Part shown: piece after piece, positions 1-7,615 of the stretch | Layout: every line of letters starts with the position of its first letter | Position numbering within the stretch: position 1 is the stretch's first letter | Virus genome (UHGV): UHGV-1484038 | Length of the DNA: 26,579 bases | Direction: 5' to 3' (one strand) | Source of the DNA: a virus | Program-made: the position numbers and the translations under genes | Notes under the pieces: model-generated | Seen by the model: the letters and a program-made list of their open reading frames with translations, nothing else | Told to the model about the DNA's origin: nothing | Database searches by the model: none

Positions 1-145
1 GAAGAATAAAAAGTGGGGCGCATATATAAACAGTGATAATAAAAAGATATTTCTTGGATTATACGATGACATATCTCTAGCCGTTAATGCCAGAAAATTG
101 GCGGAATCACGATTGGGCTATCACCATAATCATGGGAGAGGATAA

Positions 146-508
146 ATGGCAGAATACAGATTCACACTTCCGTACCCACCGTCGCTGAATACCTACTGGC
201 GAAGACGGGGAAGCCAATATTACATAAGCGATAAAGGCCAGAAATACCGAAAAGACGTTCAGCAAATCATCCGCCAACTCAAGTTAGACATTTTCACCAA
301 ATCAAGACTCCGCATCAAAGTCATCGCAGACGTTCCAGACTCCCGCCGCCGCGACCTCGATAACATCCTGAAGGGTTTACTCGACTCCCTTATCCACGCC
401 GGATTTGCGGAAGACGACGAGCAATTCGATGACATTCGCGTAATTCGTGGTGTGAAAGTACCAGGCGGAAGGCTTGGAATAAAAATCACCGAACTGGAGA
501 ACGTATGA
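146..508 (+). CDS. rusA: Holliday junction resolvase RusA (crossover junction endodeoxyribonuclease)
   Basis: 120-aa translation (MAEYRFTLPYPPSLNTYWRRRG...RRRDLDNILKGLLDSL...) has the hallmark RusA family layout and acidic catalytic region. Position just upstream of ninH/Q is typical of lambdoid nin regions. Confidence 0.85.
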   Translation: MAEYRFTLPYPPSLNTYWRRRGSQYYISDKGQKYRKDVQQIIRQLKLDIFTKSRLRIKVIADVPDSRRRDLDNILKGLLDSLIHAGFAEDDEQFDDIRVIRGVKVPGGRLGIKITELENV

Positions 509-693
509 ACGCCACGATTCAAACGATACCAGAGCTTCTTATCCAGACACGAGGCAATCAGACCGAAGTGGCGAGGATGCTTTCCTGCGCAAGAGGAACA
601 GTGCTCAAGTACAACAGAGACAGCAAAGGCGAGCGTCACGCAATAGTTAACGGCGTCCTGATGGTCACGCCAGGCAAAAAGGGAAGACGATGA
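505..693 (+). CDS. ninH: NinH-like small protein
   Basis: 62-aa ORF resembling lambda NinH as I recall it (…TIPELL…GNQTEVARML.C.RGTV.KY…HAIVNGVLMV). ATGA start/stop overlap with rusA and with Q. Confidence 0.7.
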   Translation: MNATIQTIPELLIQTRGNQTEVARMLSCARGTVLKYNRDSKGERHAIVNGVLMVTPGKKGRR

Positions 694-1313
694 GACTCGA
701 AAGCGTAGCTAAATTTCATTCGCCCAAAAGCCCGATGATGAGCGACTCACCACGGGCTACGGCTTCTGACTCTCTTTCCGGTACTGATGTGATGGCTGCT
801 ATGGGGATGGCGCAATCACAAGCCGGATTCGGAATGGCTGCATTCTGCGGTAAGCATGAACTCAGCCAGAACGACAAACAAAAGGCTATCAACTATCTGA
901 TGCAATTTGCACACAAGGTATCGGGGAAATACCGTGGCGTTGCAAAGCTTGAAGGAAATACTAAGGCAAAGGTACTGCAAGTTCTCGCAACATTCGCTTA
1001 TGCGGATTATTGCCGTAGTGCCGCGACGCCGGGCGCAAGATGCAGAGATTGTCACGGTACAGGCCGTGCGGTTGATATTGCCAAAACAGAGCTGTGGGGG
1101 AGAGTTGTCGAGAAAGAGTGCGGAAGATGCAAAGGCGTCGGCTATTCAAGGATGCCAGCAAGCGCAGCATATCGCGCTGTGACGATGCTAATCCCAAACC
1201 TTACCCAACCCACCTGGTCACGCACTGTTAAGCCGCTGTATGACGCTCTGGTGGTGCAATGCCACAAAGAAGAGTCAATCGCAGACAACATTTTGAATGC
1301 GGTCACACGTTAG
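690..1313 (+). CDS. Q: Late gene antiterminator Q (lambda Q type)
   Basis: 207-aa protein with the Q zinc-binding motif CRDCHGTGR...CGRCKGVGY. From memory it appears essentially identical to lambda Q. Immediately followed by a pR'-like promoter. Confidence 0.9.
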   Translation: MRLESVAKFHSPKSPMMSDSPRATASDSLSGTDVMAAMGMAQSQAGFGMAAFCGKHELSQNDKQKAINYLMQFAHKVSGKYRGVAKLEGNTKAKVLQVLATFAYADYCRSAATPGARCRDCHGTGRAVDIAKTELWGRVVEKECGRCKGVGYSRMPASAAYRAVTMLIPNLTQPTWSRTVKPLYDALVVQCHKEESIADNILNAVTR

Positions 1314-1355
1314 CAGCATGATTGCCACGGATGGCAACATATTAACGGCATGATA

Positions 1356-1392
1356 TTGACTTATTGAATAAAATTGGGTAAATTTGACCCAA
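1356..1392 (+). promoter_or_regulatory. Late promoter pR'-like with overlapping qut region
   Basis: TTGACT (1356-1361), 17-bp spacer, TAAATT (1379-1384), directly downstream of Q. The sequence TTGACTTATTGAATAAAATTGGGTAAATTTGAC closely matches the lambda pR' region as I remember it. Confidence 0.6.
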
Positions 1393-1417
1393 CGATGGGT
1401 TAATGCCTTCGTTTCAA

Positions 1418-1451
1418 GCCCCGCGGATAACACCGTGGGGCTTTTGCGTTT
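1418..1451 (+). terminator. Candidate intrinsic terminator tR' (end of a short 6S-like late leader RNA)
   Basis: GC-rich hairpin GCCCCGCGG-ATAACAC-CGTGGGGC followed by TTTTGCGTTT, about 30-60 nt downstream of the predicted pR' start. Confidence 0.5.
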
Positions 1452-1488
1452 CTGGAGGTAACGGCGAGGCGCTACCCTCGCCTTAACA

Positions 1489-1905
1489 TTAAGGGAGGGT
1501 TTTCATTACGCTATCAATCTCCCTTCCTTCAAATCTTGAAGTCCAGCCGCAGGAGCCGCAATGGTAAGGAAAGTCATCGAACCCGCTACCGACCTGTTTA
1601 AGACAGTTGGGGCAATAAACCGCGCTGATATACCCACCCGCGGGATTTTTTCTAAAGGCCGCACCCATGTGCTCGACAAACTCATCCTTTGCCCGATAAG
1701 CCGCTATTTCCTTCTCAAGTTCTACGTTCTTGGCTTTCGCCTCGGCAAGTTCTGCTATGGTGGCAGCATGGGCTTTTTGAAGTACGTCGATCTGCTCTCC
1801 AATGAAAGCGATGCGCTCGCGCAGGACCTCGTTACTTTGCACAGCAGAAAGCGCGCCGATCCCGTTTTTAAGGGACGCGATAAGTAATCCTACATCCATG
1901 GTCAT
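1489..1905 (-). CDS. Hypothetical protein, N-terminal coiled coil plus C-terminal Cys4 zinc ribbon (cargo/moron gene)
   Basis: 138-aa reverse-strand ORF. Coiled-coil-like AELAEAKAKNVELEKEIAAYRAKDE and C-terminal CPNC...(13 aa)...CGSCG pair. The overlapping + strand ORF (1561-1887) has a much less protein-like translation. The second Met (ATG at 1899-1897) has better Shine-Dalgarno spacing (AGGGA-6 nt-ATG). Confidence 0.6.
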   Translation of the reverse strand: MTMDVGLLIASLKNGIGALSAVQSNEVLRERIAFIGEQIDVLQKAHAATIAELAEAKAKNVELEKEIAAYRAKDEFVEHMGAAFRKNPAGGYISAVYCPNCLKQVGSGFDDFPYHCGSCGWTSRFEGREIDSVMKTLP

Positions 1906-2111
1906 TCCCTAATTGTCTGTGGAATGACCAATTTAGCAATTTCCTTTGTCTGTGGAAAGCAGGGAAACCACGCGCCGGGCGTGGATAAATATCCCGGTAT
2001 TGAATCGACTGTTGGCTGCCGCTTGGCGGCCTTTTTCATTTCAGGCTCACGGGAATCATCCGCTACGTGCTTTGTTGATAAATCCAGCCCGTGAAGCCTG
2101 ACCCTTTTCAA

Positions 2112-2126
2112 ACACACACACACACA
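2112..2126. repeat. (AC)7 dinucleotide microsatellite in the holin 5' leader
   Basis: ACACACACACACACA read directly at 2112-2126, about 30 nt upstream of the holin start codon. Confidence 0.9.
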
Positions 2127-2156
2127 GCGCCATCCGAAAAATCGGAGGTGAGGCCT

Positions 2157-2480
2157 ATGAAAATGCCATACAAACAAGATTTCATCGCTGCGCTACTTGC
2201 CGCCAAGGAGCAGGGTATTGGTGCAATGCTGGCTTTTATCATGGCGTATCTGCGTGGTCGCTATAACGGCGGCGCGGTAACAAAAACGCTAATTGATGCG
2301 CTGATGTGCGCGATGATTGCCTGGTTCGTTCGTGACCTTCTGGACTTTATCGGCCTGAGCAGCAACCTCGCCTACATAGCCAGCGTCTTTATTGGATACA
2401 TCGGCACCGATTCGATCGGCAATCTTATTAAAAAACTTGCAGCAAAAAAGGCGGGAGTTGACGATGCAAACCAGTCCTGA
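2157..2480 (+). CDS. S: Holin, lambda S family (class I), with dual-start Met-Lys-Met motif
   Basis: [39 protein letters not shown]... is highly similar to lambda S as I recall it. Three hydrophobic segments. GGAGG Shine-Dalgarno at 2143-2147. The ORF-track start at 2091 (GTG) is an upstream in-frame extension that I reject. Confidence 0.9.
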   Translation: MKMPYKQDFIAALLAAKEQGIGAMLAFIMAYLRGRYNGGAVTKTLIDALMCAMIAWFVRDLLDFIGLSSNLAYIASVFIGYIGTDSIGNLIKKLAAKKAGVDDANQS

Positions 2481-2913
2481 CGGAATTGCTCTGATAAAAA
2501 AATTTGAAGGTTGTCGGCTGACTGCTTACCCCGACCCCGGAACGGGAGATGCGCCGTGGACCATCGGCTATGGCTGGACCCATCCGGTTGACGGAAAGCC
2601 AGTAAAGCGCGGTATGACTATCGACCAGCAAACCGCTGACAGGCTTCTGAAAACAGGGCTTGTTGGTTATGAGAATGACGTGCTGAAAGTTGTCAGGGTG
2701 AAGCTGACACAAGGCCAGTTCGACGCACTGGTGTCGTTCGCTTACAACGTTGGGTCGCGTGCTCTTTCCACATCTACACTGCTGAAAAAGCTGAATGCTG
2801 GCGATATAAAAGGCGCGGCAGATGAATTTCTGCGCTGGAATAAATCAGGCGGAAAGGTGATGCCGGGGCTCACGAATCGCCGCAAGGCAGAGCGAGCTCT
2901 GTTCCTGTCATGA
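2464..2913 (+). CDS. Endolysin, phage lysozyme (T4/P22 gp19-type muramidase)
   Basis: Translation from internal ATG 2464 ([24 protein letters not shown]...GYG...) with the catalytic E-x8-D/C-x5-T arrangement and C-terminal ...[11 protein letters not shown] typical of P22 gp19-like lysozymes. Overlaps the holin end in a different frame. Confidence 0.85.
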   Translation: MQTSPDGIALIKKFEGCRLTAYPDPGTGDAPWTIGYGWTHPVDGKPVKRGMTIDQQTADRLLKTGLVGYENDVLKVVRVKLTQGQFDALVSFAYNVGSRALSTSTLLKKLNAGDIKGAADEFLRWNKSGGKVMPGLTNRRKAERALFLS

Positions 2914-3377
2914 TTAGCGCACTGGTTAAGCGTTACTGGCTGCAGTTGCTGGTGCTGGCGTTAATCGGCGCACTGGCTTTCTTCGTGAACCACTACCGCG
3001 ACAACGCCATCACTTACAGAGACCAGCGCGATAAGGCCACTGAGAAACTCCTCCTGGCGACCGCCACCATTAAAGACATGCAGACCCGCCAGCGTGATGT
3101 CGCTGCACTGGATGCCAAATACACCGGAGAACTGGCTGATGCGAAAGAAACCATTGAGCGTCTGCATAGCGATGTCATTGCTGGCCGTAAGCGGCTGCAA
3201 GTCGCCGCCACCTGTGCAAAGTCAACGACCGGAGCCAGCAGCATGGGCGATGGAGAAAGCCCAAGACTTACAGCAGATGCTGAACTCAATTATTACCGTC
3301 TACGAAGTGGAATCGACAAGATAACCGCGCAGGTTAACTACCTGCAGGAATACATCAGGACGCAATGCCTTCGATGA
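2910..3377 (+). CDS. Rz: Spanin inner-membrane subunit Rz (i-spanin)
   Basis: N-terminal transmembrane segment then ...[18 protein letters not shown]...[23 protein letters not shown]..., close to lambda Rz. ATGA overlap with the lysozyme stop. Confidence 0.85.
   Translation: MISALVKRYWLQLLVLALIGALAFFVNHYRDNAITYRDQRDKATEKLLLATATIKDMQTRQRDVAALDAKYTGELADAKETIERLHSDVIAGRKRLQVAATCAKSTTGASSMGDGESPRLTADAELNYYRLRSGIDKITAQVNYLQEYIRTQCLR
3139..3324 (+). CDS. Rz1: Spanin outer-membrane lipoprotein subunit Rz1 (o-spanin), embedded in Rz in the +1 frame
   Basis: Internal Met of ORF 3094-3324 gives [20 protein letters not shown]... with lipobox LAVSG-C and a proline-rich mature part ([13 protein letters not shown]), the typical embedded Rz1 architecture. 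Confidence 0.75.
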   Translation: MRKKPLSVCIAMSLLAVSGCKSPPPVQSQRPEPAAWAMEKAQDLQQMLNSIITVYEVESTR

Positions 3378-3552
3378 TAGCGATAATTTTACTCATCATC
3401 CTTCACATCTGGCTCTGTAGACAGGGTGGTGATCACTTCTGGAGTAAATCCAGATTAAACATCTCATTGCTGATGCTTGATATTGAGCATCTGGCGCGCA
3501 GTAAGGGGCTGCGTTGAGATAAGAGCCAGTTCATTACAAATACCAGGATTTA

Positions 3553-3577
3553 GCCTCGCATTCGCGGGGCTTTTTAT
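3553..3577 (+). terminator. Candidate intrinsic terminator downstream of the lysis cassette
   Basis: GCCTCGC-ATTC-GCGGGGC hairpin (one G-U pair) followed by TTTTT, in the 340-bp intergenic gap after Rz. Confidence 0.45.
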
Positions 3578-3719
3578 ATCTGAATTTCACAGCGCATCTC
3601 ACGCGCATATTACCACTCAGAACCTTTCAGGATGACCCTTGAGGATACCGGCTGGCTGTCGGAGCATCTGAGGGCCGGATTTCCTGTGAGACAAGGTTCA
3701 TCACTAAAAGGTAAATCCG

Positions 3720-4271
3720 ATGAATGATATTTCTATCGAATATCTGAAAGAAGCACTGGAATACGCACCAGATACTGGTGTTATCCGTTGGAAGCAGCGA
3801 CCAAAAATTCATTTTAAGACCGAAAATTCTTGGCGGGCGACCAATGCTAATTTTGCTGGAAAAGTAGCAGGCGCACGTGATAGCGATGGATATTTGCGTA
3901 TCGGGATATGCGGCCGGTTATATAGATCTCATCGTGTAGCCTGGGCGTTACATTACGGCTACTGGCCTGATAATGAGATTGATCACATTTCAGGCGATAG
4001 GAGTGATAACCGCATAGACAACTTGCGATCAGTAACTTCGGCAGCCAATAGCAAAAATTTGCGCCTTTACTCCACAAATAAAACCGGTATCCCAGGAGTA
4101 GGTTGGTATAAAGCGCGGGGAAAGTGGAGAGCAAAGATAAACGTCTCTGGGAAGGTGAAGCATATTGGTTACTTCGATGATTTCCGTGAAGCGGTGAAAG
4201 CAAGAAAGGCTGCCGAGATGCAGTTGCAATATCACAAAAATCACGGAACCAGAGACAGGCTCACTTTCTAA
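3720..4271 (+). CDS. HNH homing endonuclease with C-terminal AP2-like DNA-binding domain
   Basis: HRVAWALHYGYWPDNEIDHISGDRSDNRIDNLRSVT (HNH_3-type motif) followed by GVGWYKARGKWRAKINVSGKVKHIGYFDDFREAVKARKAAE (AP2-like). The gene is visibly more AT-rich than its neighbours. Confidence 0.85.
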   Translation: MNDISIEYLKEALEYAPDTGVIRWKQRPKIHFKTENSWRATNANFAGKVAGARDSDGYLRIGICGRLYRSHRVAWALHYGYWPDNEIDHISGDRSDNRIDNLRSVTSAANSKNLRLYSTNKTGIPGVGWYKARGKWRAKINVSGKVKHIGYFDDFREAVKARKAAEMQLQYHKNHGTRDRLTF

Positions 4272-4285
4272 AAGGTAAAGACGCT

Positions 4286-4804
4286 ATGAATAATCCGTCA
4301 GTTATTCCGGCCTTCGACTTCCGCGAAATGGTCACGACCCTCGACAACAAGATAATCACCACATCACTCAAGGTGGCGGATTACTTTGGCAAGCGACACA
4401 AAGACGTTTTGCGTGCCATACGTAACCTGAAATGCTCCGATGACTTCACCCAGCGCAATTTTGCGCCCATTGATTTCATTGATAAAAATGGCGATGTTCA
4501 GCCTATGTATAACATCACCCGCGACGGATGCATGATGCTAGTGATGGGATTCACTGGCAAAACAGCTGCCGCAGTGAAGGAGTGTTACATCAATGCCTTC
4601 AACTGGATGGCCGAGCAGCTAAACCGGCGCATGGCGATGGGTGAAGAATTGCAGCATCGCTACGCCATCAAAGAAACGCGCTCAAAGCTGAAAGGCACGA
4701 TCGGAAGCCGTTTGATGAACGAGCGGAAGAAAGAGAAGCGCGTCCTGGAGCTCGAACATGAGCACATCATGCAGGTAACGCAGCCGGAATTACTTATTGG
4801 CTGA
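4286..4804 (+). CDS. rha: Rha family phage regulatory protein
   Basis: N-terminal ...ITTSLKVADYFGKRHKDVLRAIRNL...FTQRNF...YNITRDGCMMLVMGFTGKTAAAVKECYINAF matches the Rha (phage pRha) domain pattern. Rha genes sit between lysis and packaging genes in P22-like phages. Confidence 0.8.
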   Translation: MNNPSVIPAFDFREMVTTLDNKIITTSLKVADYFGKRHKDVLRAIRNLKCSDDFTQRNFAPIDFIDKNGDVQPMYNITRDGCMMLVMGFTGKTAAAVKECYINAFNWMAEQLNRRMAMGEELQHRYAIKETRSKLKGTIGSRLMNERKKEKRVLELEHEHIMQVTQPELLIG

Positions 4805-4828
4805 TCGCGGCATTACAGAAGCCCTTCA

Positions 4829-5485
4829 TTGAGGGGCTTCGATAATGGAGCACTGGAATTATTCATGAACAGACCACACCCACCAGCGCATTTTACGATG
4901 CCACCTGACCCGAAGCCGTACATCAGCATTATGCCCGCTAATGACGTTGGCGAGTGGCTGAATCAGCACATCCTGAGCGATGAGGGTGACCTCTACAACC
5001 ATGACCACCAGCATTTGCTTGAAGCGGATCTGTGCTTTCTCTGGGCATCGAACGCTTTCGAGAAGAAAGGGCGTTCCGTGCTGGGGCAGGCGGAAGAAGT
5101 GGCAATGCGGGCCGGAGGCTGGCAGAAAGCGCGGATGGAGCAGCAGATGTATGAATGGTTCGGCAGGGTGCCGCAGTTCATCATCACGCTGGCCGCCGAT
5201 TACTGCTCGCAATGTTCCGATCTGGAATTCTGCGCGCTGATAGAGCACGAGCTTTATCACATCTGCCAAGCGACAGATGAATTTGGTGCGCCGAAGTTCA
5301 CGCAGGAAGGGCAGCCAAAGCTGAAGCTGCGCGGCCATGACGTGGAAGAGTTTGTGGGCGTGGTTCGCCGTTACGGTGCGAGCCGGGACGTGCAGGAAAT
5401 GATTGATGCGGCGAATCAGCCAGCGGAGGTTGCTCATCTCGATATTGCCAGAGCGTGCGGGACGTGCATGCTGCGACTGGCTTAA
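4829..5485 (+). CDS. Putative zinc metallopeptidase-like protein (HExxH motif), function unknown
   Basis: 218-aa ORF with HELYH at ...ALIEHELYHICQ... and several Cys pairs (CSQCS, CGTC). Start may be the internal Met at 4865. The antisense ORF 4859-5554 is rejected as a shadow. Confidence 0.6.
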   Translation: MRGFDNGALELFMNRPHPPAHFTMPPDPKPYISIMPANDVGEWLNQHILSDEGDLYNHDHQHLLEADLCFLWASNAFEKKGRSVLGQAEEVAMRAGGWQKARMEQQMYEWFGRVPQFIITLAADYCSQCSDLEFCALIEHELYHICQATDEFGAPKFTQEGQPKLKLRGHDVEEFVGVVRRYGASRDVQEMIDAANQPAEVAHLDIARACGTCMLRLA

Positions 5486-5516
5486 ATACTGGACTGTATA
5501 AGACGAATGGTGATTT

Positions 5517-5990
5517 ATGGCTGCATTAAAACCTGATGTGAAAGCCTTCATCATTCAGTCGCTTGCGTGCTATGACACGCCATCGCAGGTGGTCGAGGCT
5601 GTCCAAAAAGAATTCGGGATCAGGATCACCCGCCAGCAGGCTGAATCTCACGACCCCACGAAGGCCAGCGGTAAGACGCTCGCCAAAAAGTGGATCGAGA
5701 TGTTCCACGCGACGCGCGAACGGTTCCTGACCGAAACCAGCGACATTCCGATAGCGAACAAATCCTATCGCCTCCGCGTGCTTGACCGCATGGCAACCAA
5801 AACCGAGGGGATGAAAAACTTCTCCCTGACGGCGCAGCTTATCGAACAGGCCGCGAAAGAGGTTGGCGACGCTTACACCAATAAGCTGAAGGTTGAGAGC
5901 ACTGGCAAGGATGGCGGCCCGATCAAGACCGAGACGACCAACCTCACCGCAGATCAGGCCGCAGAGATTTACCGCAAGATGATGGGGTGA
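5517..5990 (+). CDS. Putative terminase small subunit
   Basis: 157-aa protein directly upstream of, and ATGA-overlapping, the terminase large subunit. Assignment rests on position and size; the family is not securely recognised. Confidence 0.55.
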   Translation: MAALKPDVKAFIIQSLACYDTPSQVVEAVQKEFGIRITRQQAESHDPTKASGKTLAKKWIEMFHATRERFLTETSDIPIANKSYRLRVLDRMATKTEGMKNFSLTAQLIEQAAKEVGDAYTNKLKVESTGKDGGPIKTETTNLTADQAAEIYRKMMG

Positions 5991-7615
5991 TCATGCCTCT
6001 CCCGTTTGAATTCGATTTCAGAAACCCTGATTACCAGATGGTTTTTGAATGGCGGATGGAGCGCTTACAGCGCATTCGCCAGAACCCTGAAATGCTGCCA
6101 GCGCTAAAGCAGTTTTATCGCACCAACCCGGCACAGTTCATCATCGACTGGGGTATGACTACTGACCCGCGTAACATCGATTATGGCCTGCCGGTCACCA
6201 TCCCTTTTCTGCTGTTCCCGAAACAGGAAGAGTGGATTCACTGGATCATGGAGCGGCGCGAACGACTGGAGAACGGCATCACCGAAAAGAGCCGCGAAAT
6301 GGGGCTCAGTTGGACCGCGATCGGGCTGGCCTGCTCGCTTTGTCTCTTCAACAAAGAAATGGTTATCGGTTTCGGCTCCCGTAAAGAGGAATACGTCGAC
6401 AGCACCGGTGACCCGAAGGCGCTGTTCTGGAAGGCGCGAAAGTTCGTGGAAACACTGCCCATCGAGTTTCGTGGTTCGTGGGACGAGAAGAAGCATGCGC
6501 CGTATATGCGCGTTGAGTTTCCCGATACTGGCGCGGTCATCAAAGGCGAGGCTGGCGACAATATCGGTCGTGGTGACCGTACCACGCTCTACCTGGTGGA
6601 TGAAGCTGCATTCCTCCAGCGTCCTCTGTTGATTGATGCGGCGCTGTCGCAAACCACCCGTTGCCGTATTGACCTGAGCTCGGTTAATGGCATGGCGAAC
6701 CCGTTCGCGCAGAAGCGCCACGGCGGAAAAATACCAGTATTCACGTTCCACTGGCGAGATGACCCGCGCAAGGATGAAGAGTGGTATCGCAGGGAGTGCG
6801 AGAAAATCGACAATCCGGTGGTGGTGGCGCAGGAACTTGACCTGAACTACAGCGCATCTGCGGAAGGCGTCCTGATCCCGTCCGACTGGGTACAGGCTGC
6901 CGTCGACGCGCATATCAAACTTGGTATTCAGCCAACGGGCAAGCGACTGGGCGCGATGGACGTCGCCGACGAAGGCCGGGACAAAAATGCCTTTTCGACC
7001 CGTCACGGCTTCCTTCTGGAGAACGTGCGTGAATGGTCCGGCGTGGGCAGCGACATTTACCAGTCCGTTGAGAAGGTCTTCGGCTTTTGCGAACAGGACA
7101 ACCTCGAAGAATTTCGCTTCGACGAGGACGGCCTGGGCGCTGGCGTTCGCGGCGATGCACGCGCCATCAACGAACTGCGTAACGCTGCGCGCCGACCGTC
7201 AATACTCGCCACACCGTTTCGCGGTAGCGGCGCGGTGTTTGATCCGGACGACGAAGCGGTGCGCGGCGACAACGGACAGGCCGCCCGCCTGAATAAGGAC
7301 TTCTTCGCTAACGCCAAGGCCCAGAGCTGGTGGCATTTACGCAAGCTTTTCCAGAACACCTACCGCGCCGTGGTTGAGGGCATGGCCTACAACCCGGACG
7401 AAATCATCTCAATCAGCAGCGCCATGGCGAGCAAAGACAAACTCATCATTGAGCTGTCGCAGCCGACCTACTCCATTAATGGCGTGGGGAAAATCGTTGT
7501 TGATAAACAGCCTGATGGCACCAAGTCGCCGAACCTCGCCGACTCGGTGATGATCAGCTACGCGCCAATGAATTCAGCCCTGAACATCTGGGAGCTGCTA
7601 GGGAGACAGGCCTGA
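5987..7615 (+). CDS. Terminase large subunit
   Basis: 542-aa protein with an ATPase Walker B-like YLVDEAAF segment and a C-terminal nuclease-like region, located between the candidate small terminase and the portal. Confidence 0.85.
   Translation: MIMPLPFEFDFRNPDYQMVFEWRMERLQRIRQNPEMLPALKQFYRTNPAQFIIDWGMTTDPRNIDYGLPVTIPFLLFPKQEEWIHWIMERRERLENGITEKSREMGLSWTAIGLACSLCLFNKEMVIGFGSRKEEYVDSTGDPKALFWKARKFVETLPIEFRGSWDEKKHAPYMRVEFPDTGAVIKGEAGDNIGRGDRTTLYLVDEAAFLQRPLLIDAALSQTTRCRIDLSSVNGMANPFAQKRHGGKIPVFTFHWRDDPRKDEEWYRRECEKIDNPVVVAQELDLNYSASAEGVLIPSDWVQAAVDAHIKLGIQPTGKRLGAMDVADEGRDKNAFSTRHGFLLENVREWSGVGSDIYQSVEKVFGFCEQDNLEEFRFDEDGLGAGVRGDARAINELRNAARRPSILATPFRGSGAVFDPDDEAVRGDNGQAARLNKDFFANAKAQSWWHLRKLFQNTYRAVVEGMAYNPDEIISISSAMASKDKLIIELSQPTYSINGVGKIVVDKQPDGTKSPNLADSVMISYAPMNSALNIWELLGRQA

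Noticed and set aside
1561-1887. 108-aa + strand ORF overlapping the reverse-strand zinc-ribbon gene
   Set aside because: Its translation (FLLKFYVLGFRLGKFCYGG...) is less protein-like than the minus-strand coiled-coil/zinc-ribbon ORF and it lacks a convincing Shine-Dalgarno; treated as the shadow of the minus-strand gene.
2091-2156. GTG-initiated N-terminal extension of the holin ORF
   Set aside because: The lambda-type holin begins at the Met-Lys-Met dual start (2157/2163) preceded by GGAGG; the extension would translate the (AC)n tract and add a non-holin-like leader.
3378-3719. Possible cos site or bor-like moron in the post-Rz intergenic region
   Set aside because: No ORF of moron size on either strand and no sequence I could match to a cohesive-end site; only a terminator-like hairpin and short dyads are supportable.
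4859-5554. 231-aa minus-strand ORF
   Set aside because: Entirely antisense to the + strand HExxH gene and TerS start, with no ribosome-binding site; the translation is Arg/His/Leu-rich and low-complexity. Shadow ORF in GC-rich coding DNA.
6104-7006. 300-aa minus-strand ORF inside the terminase large subunit gene
   Set aside because: Fully overlapped by a + strand gene with a recognisable terminase organisation; Arg-rich antisense translation typical of a shadow ORF.
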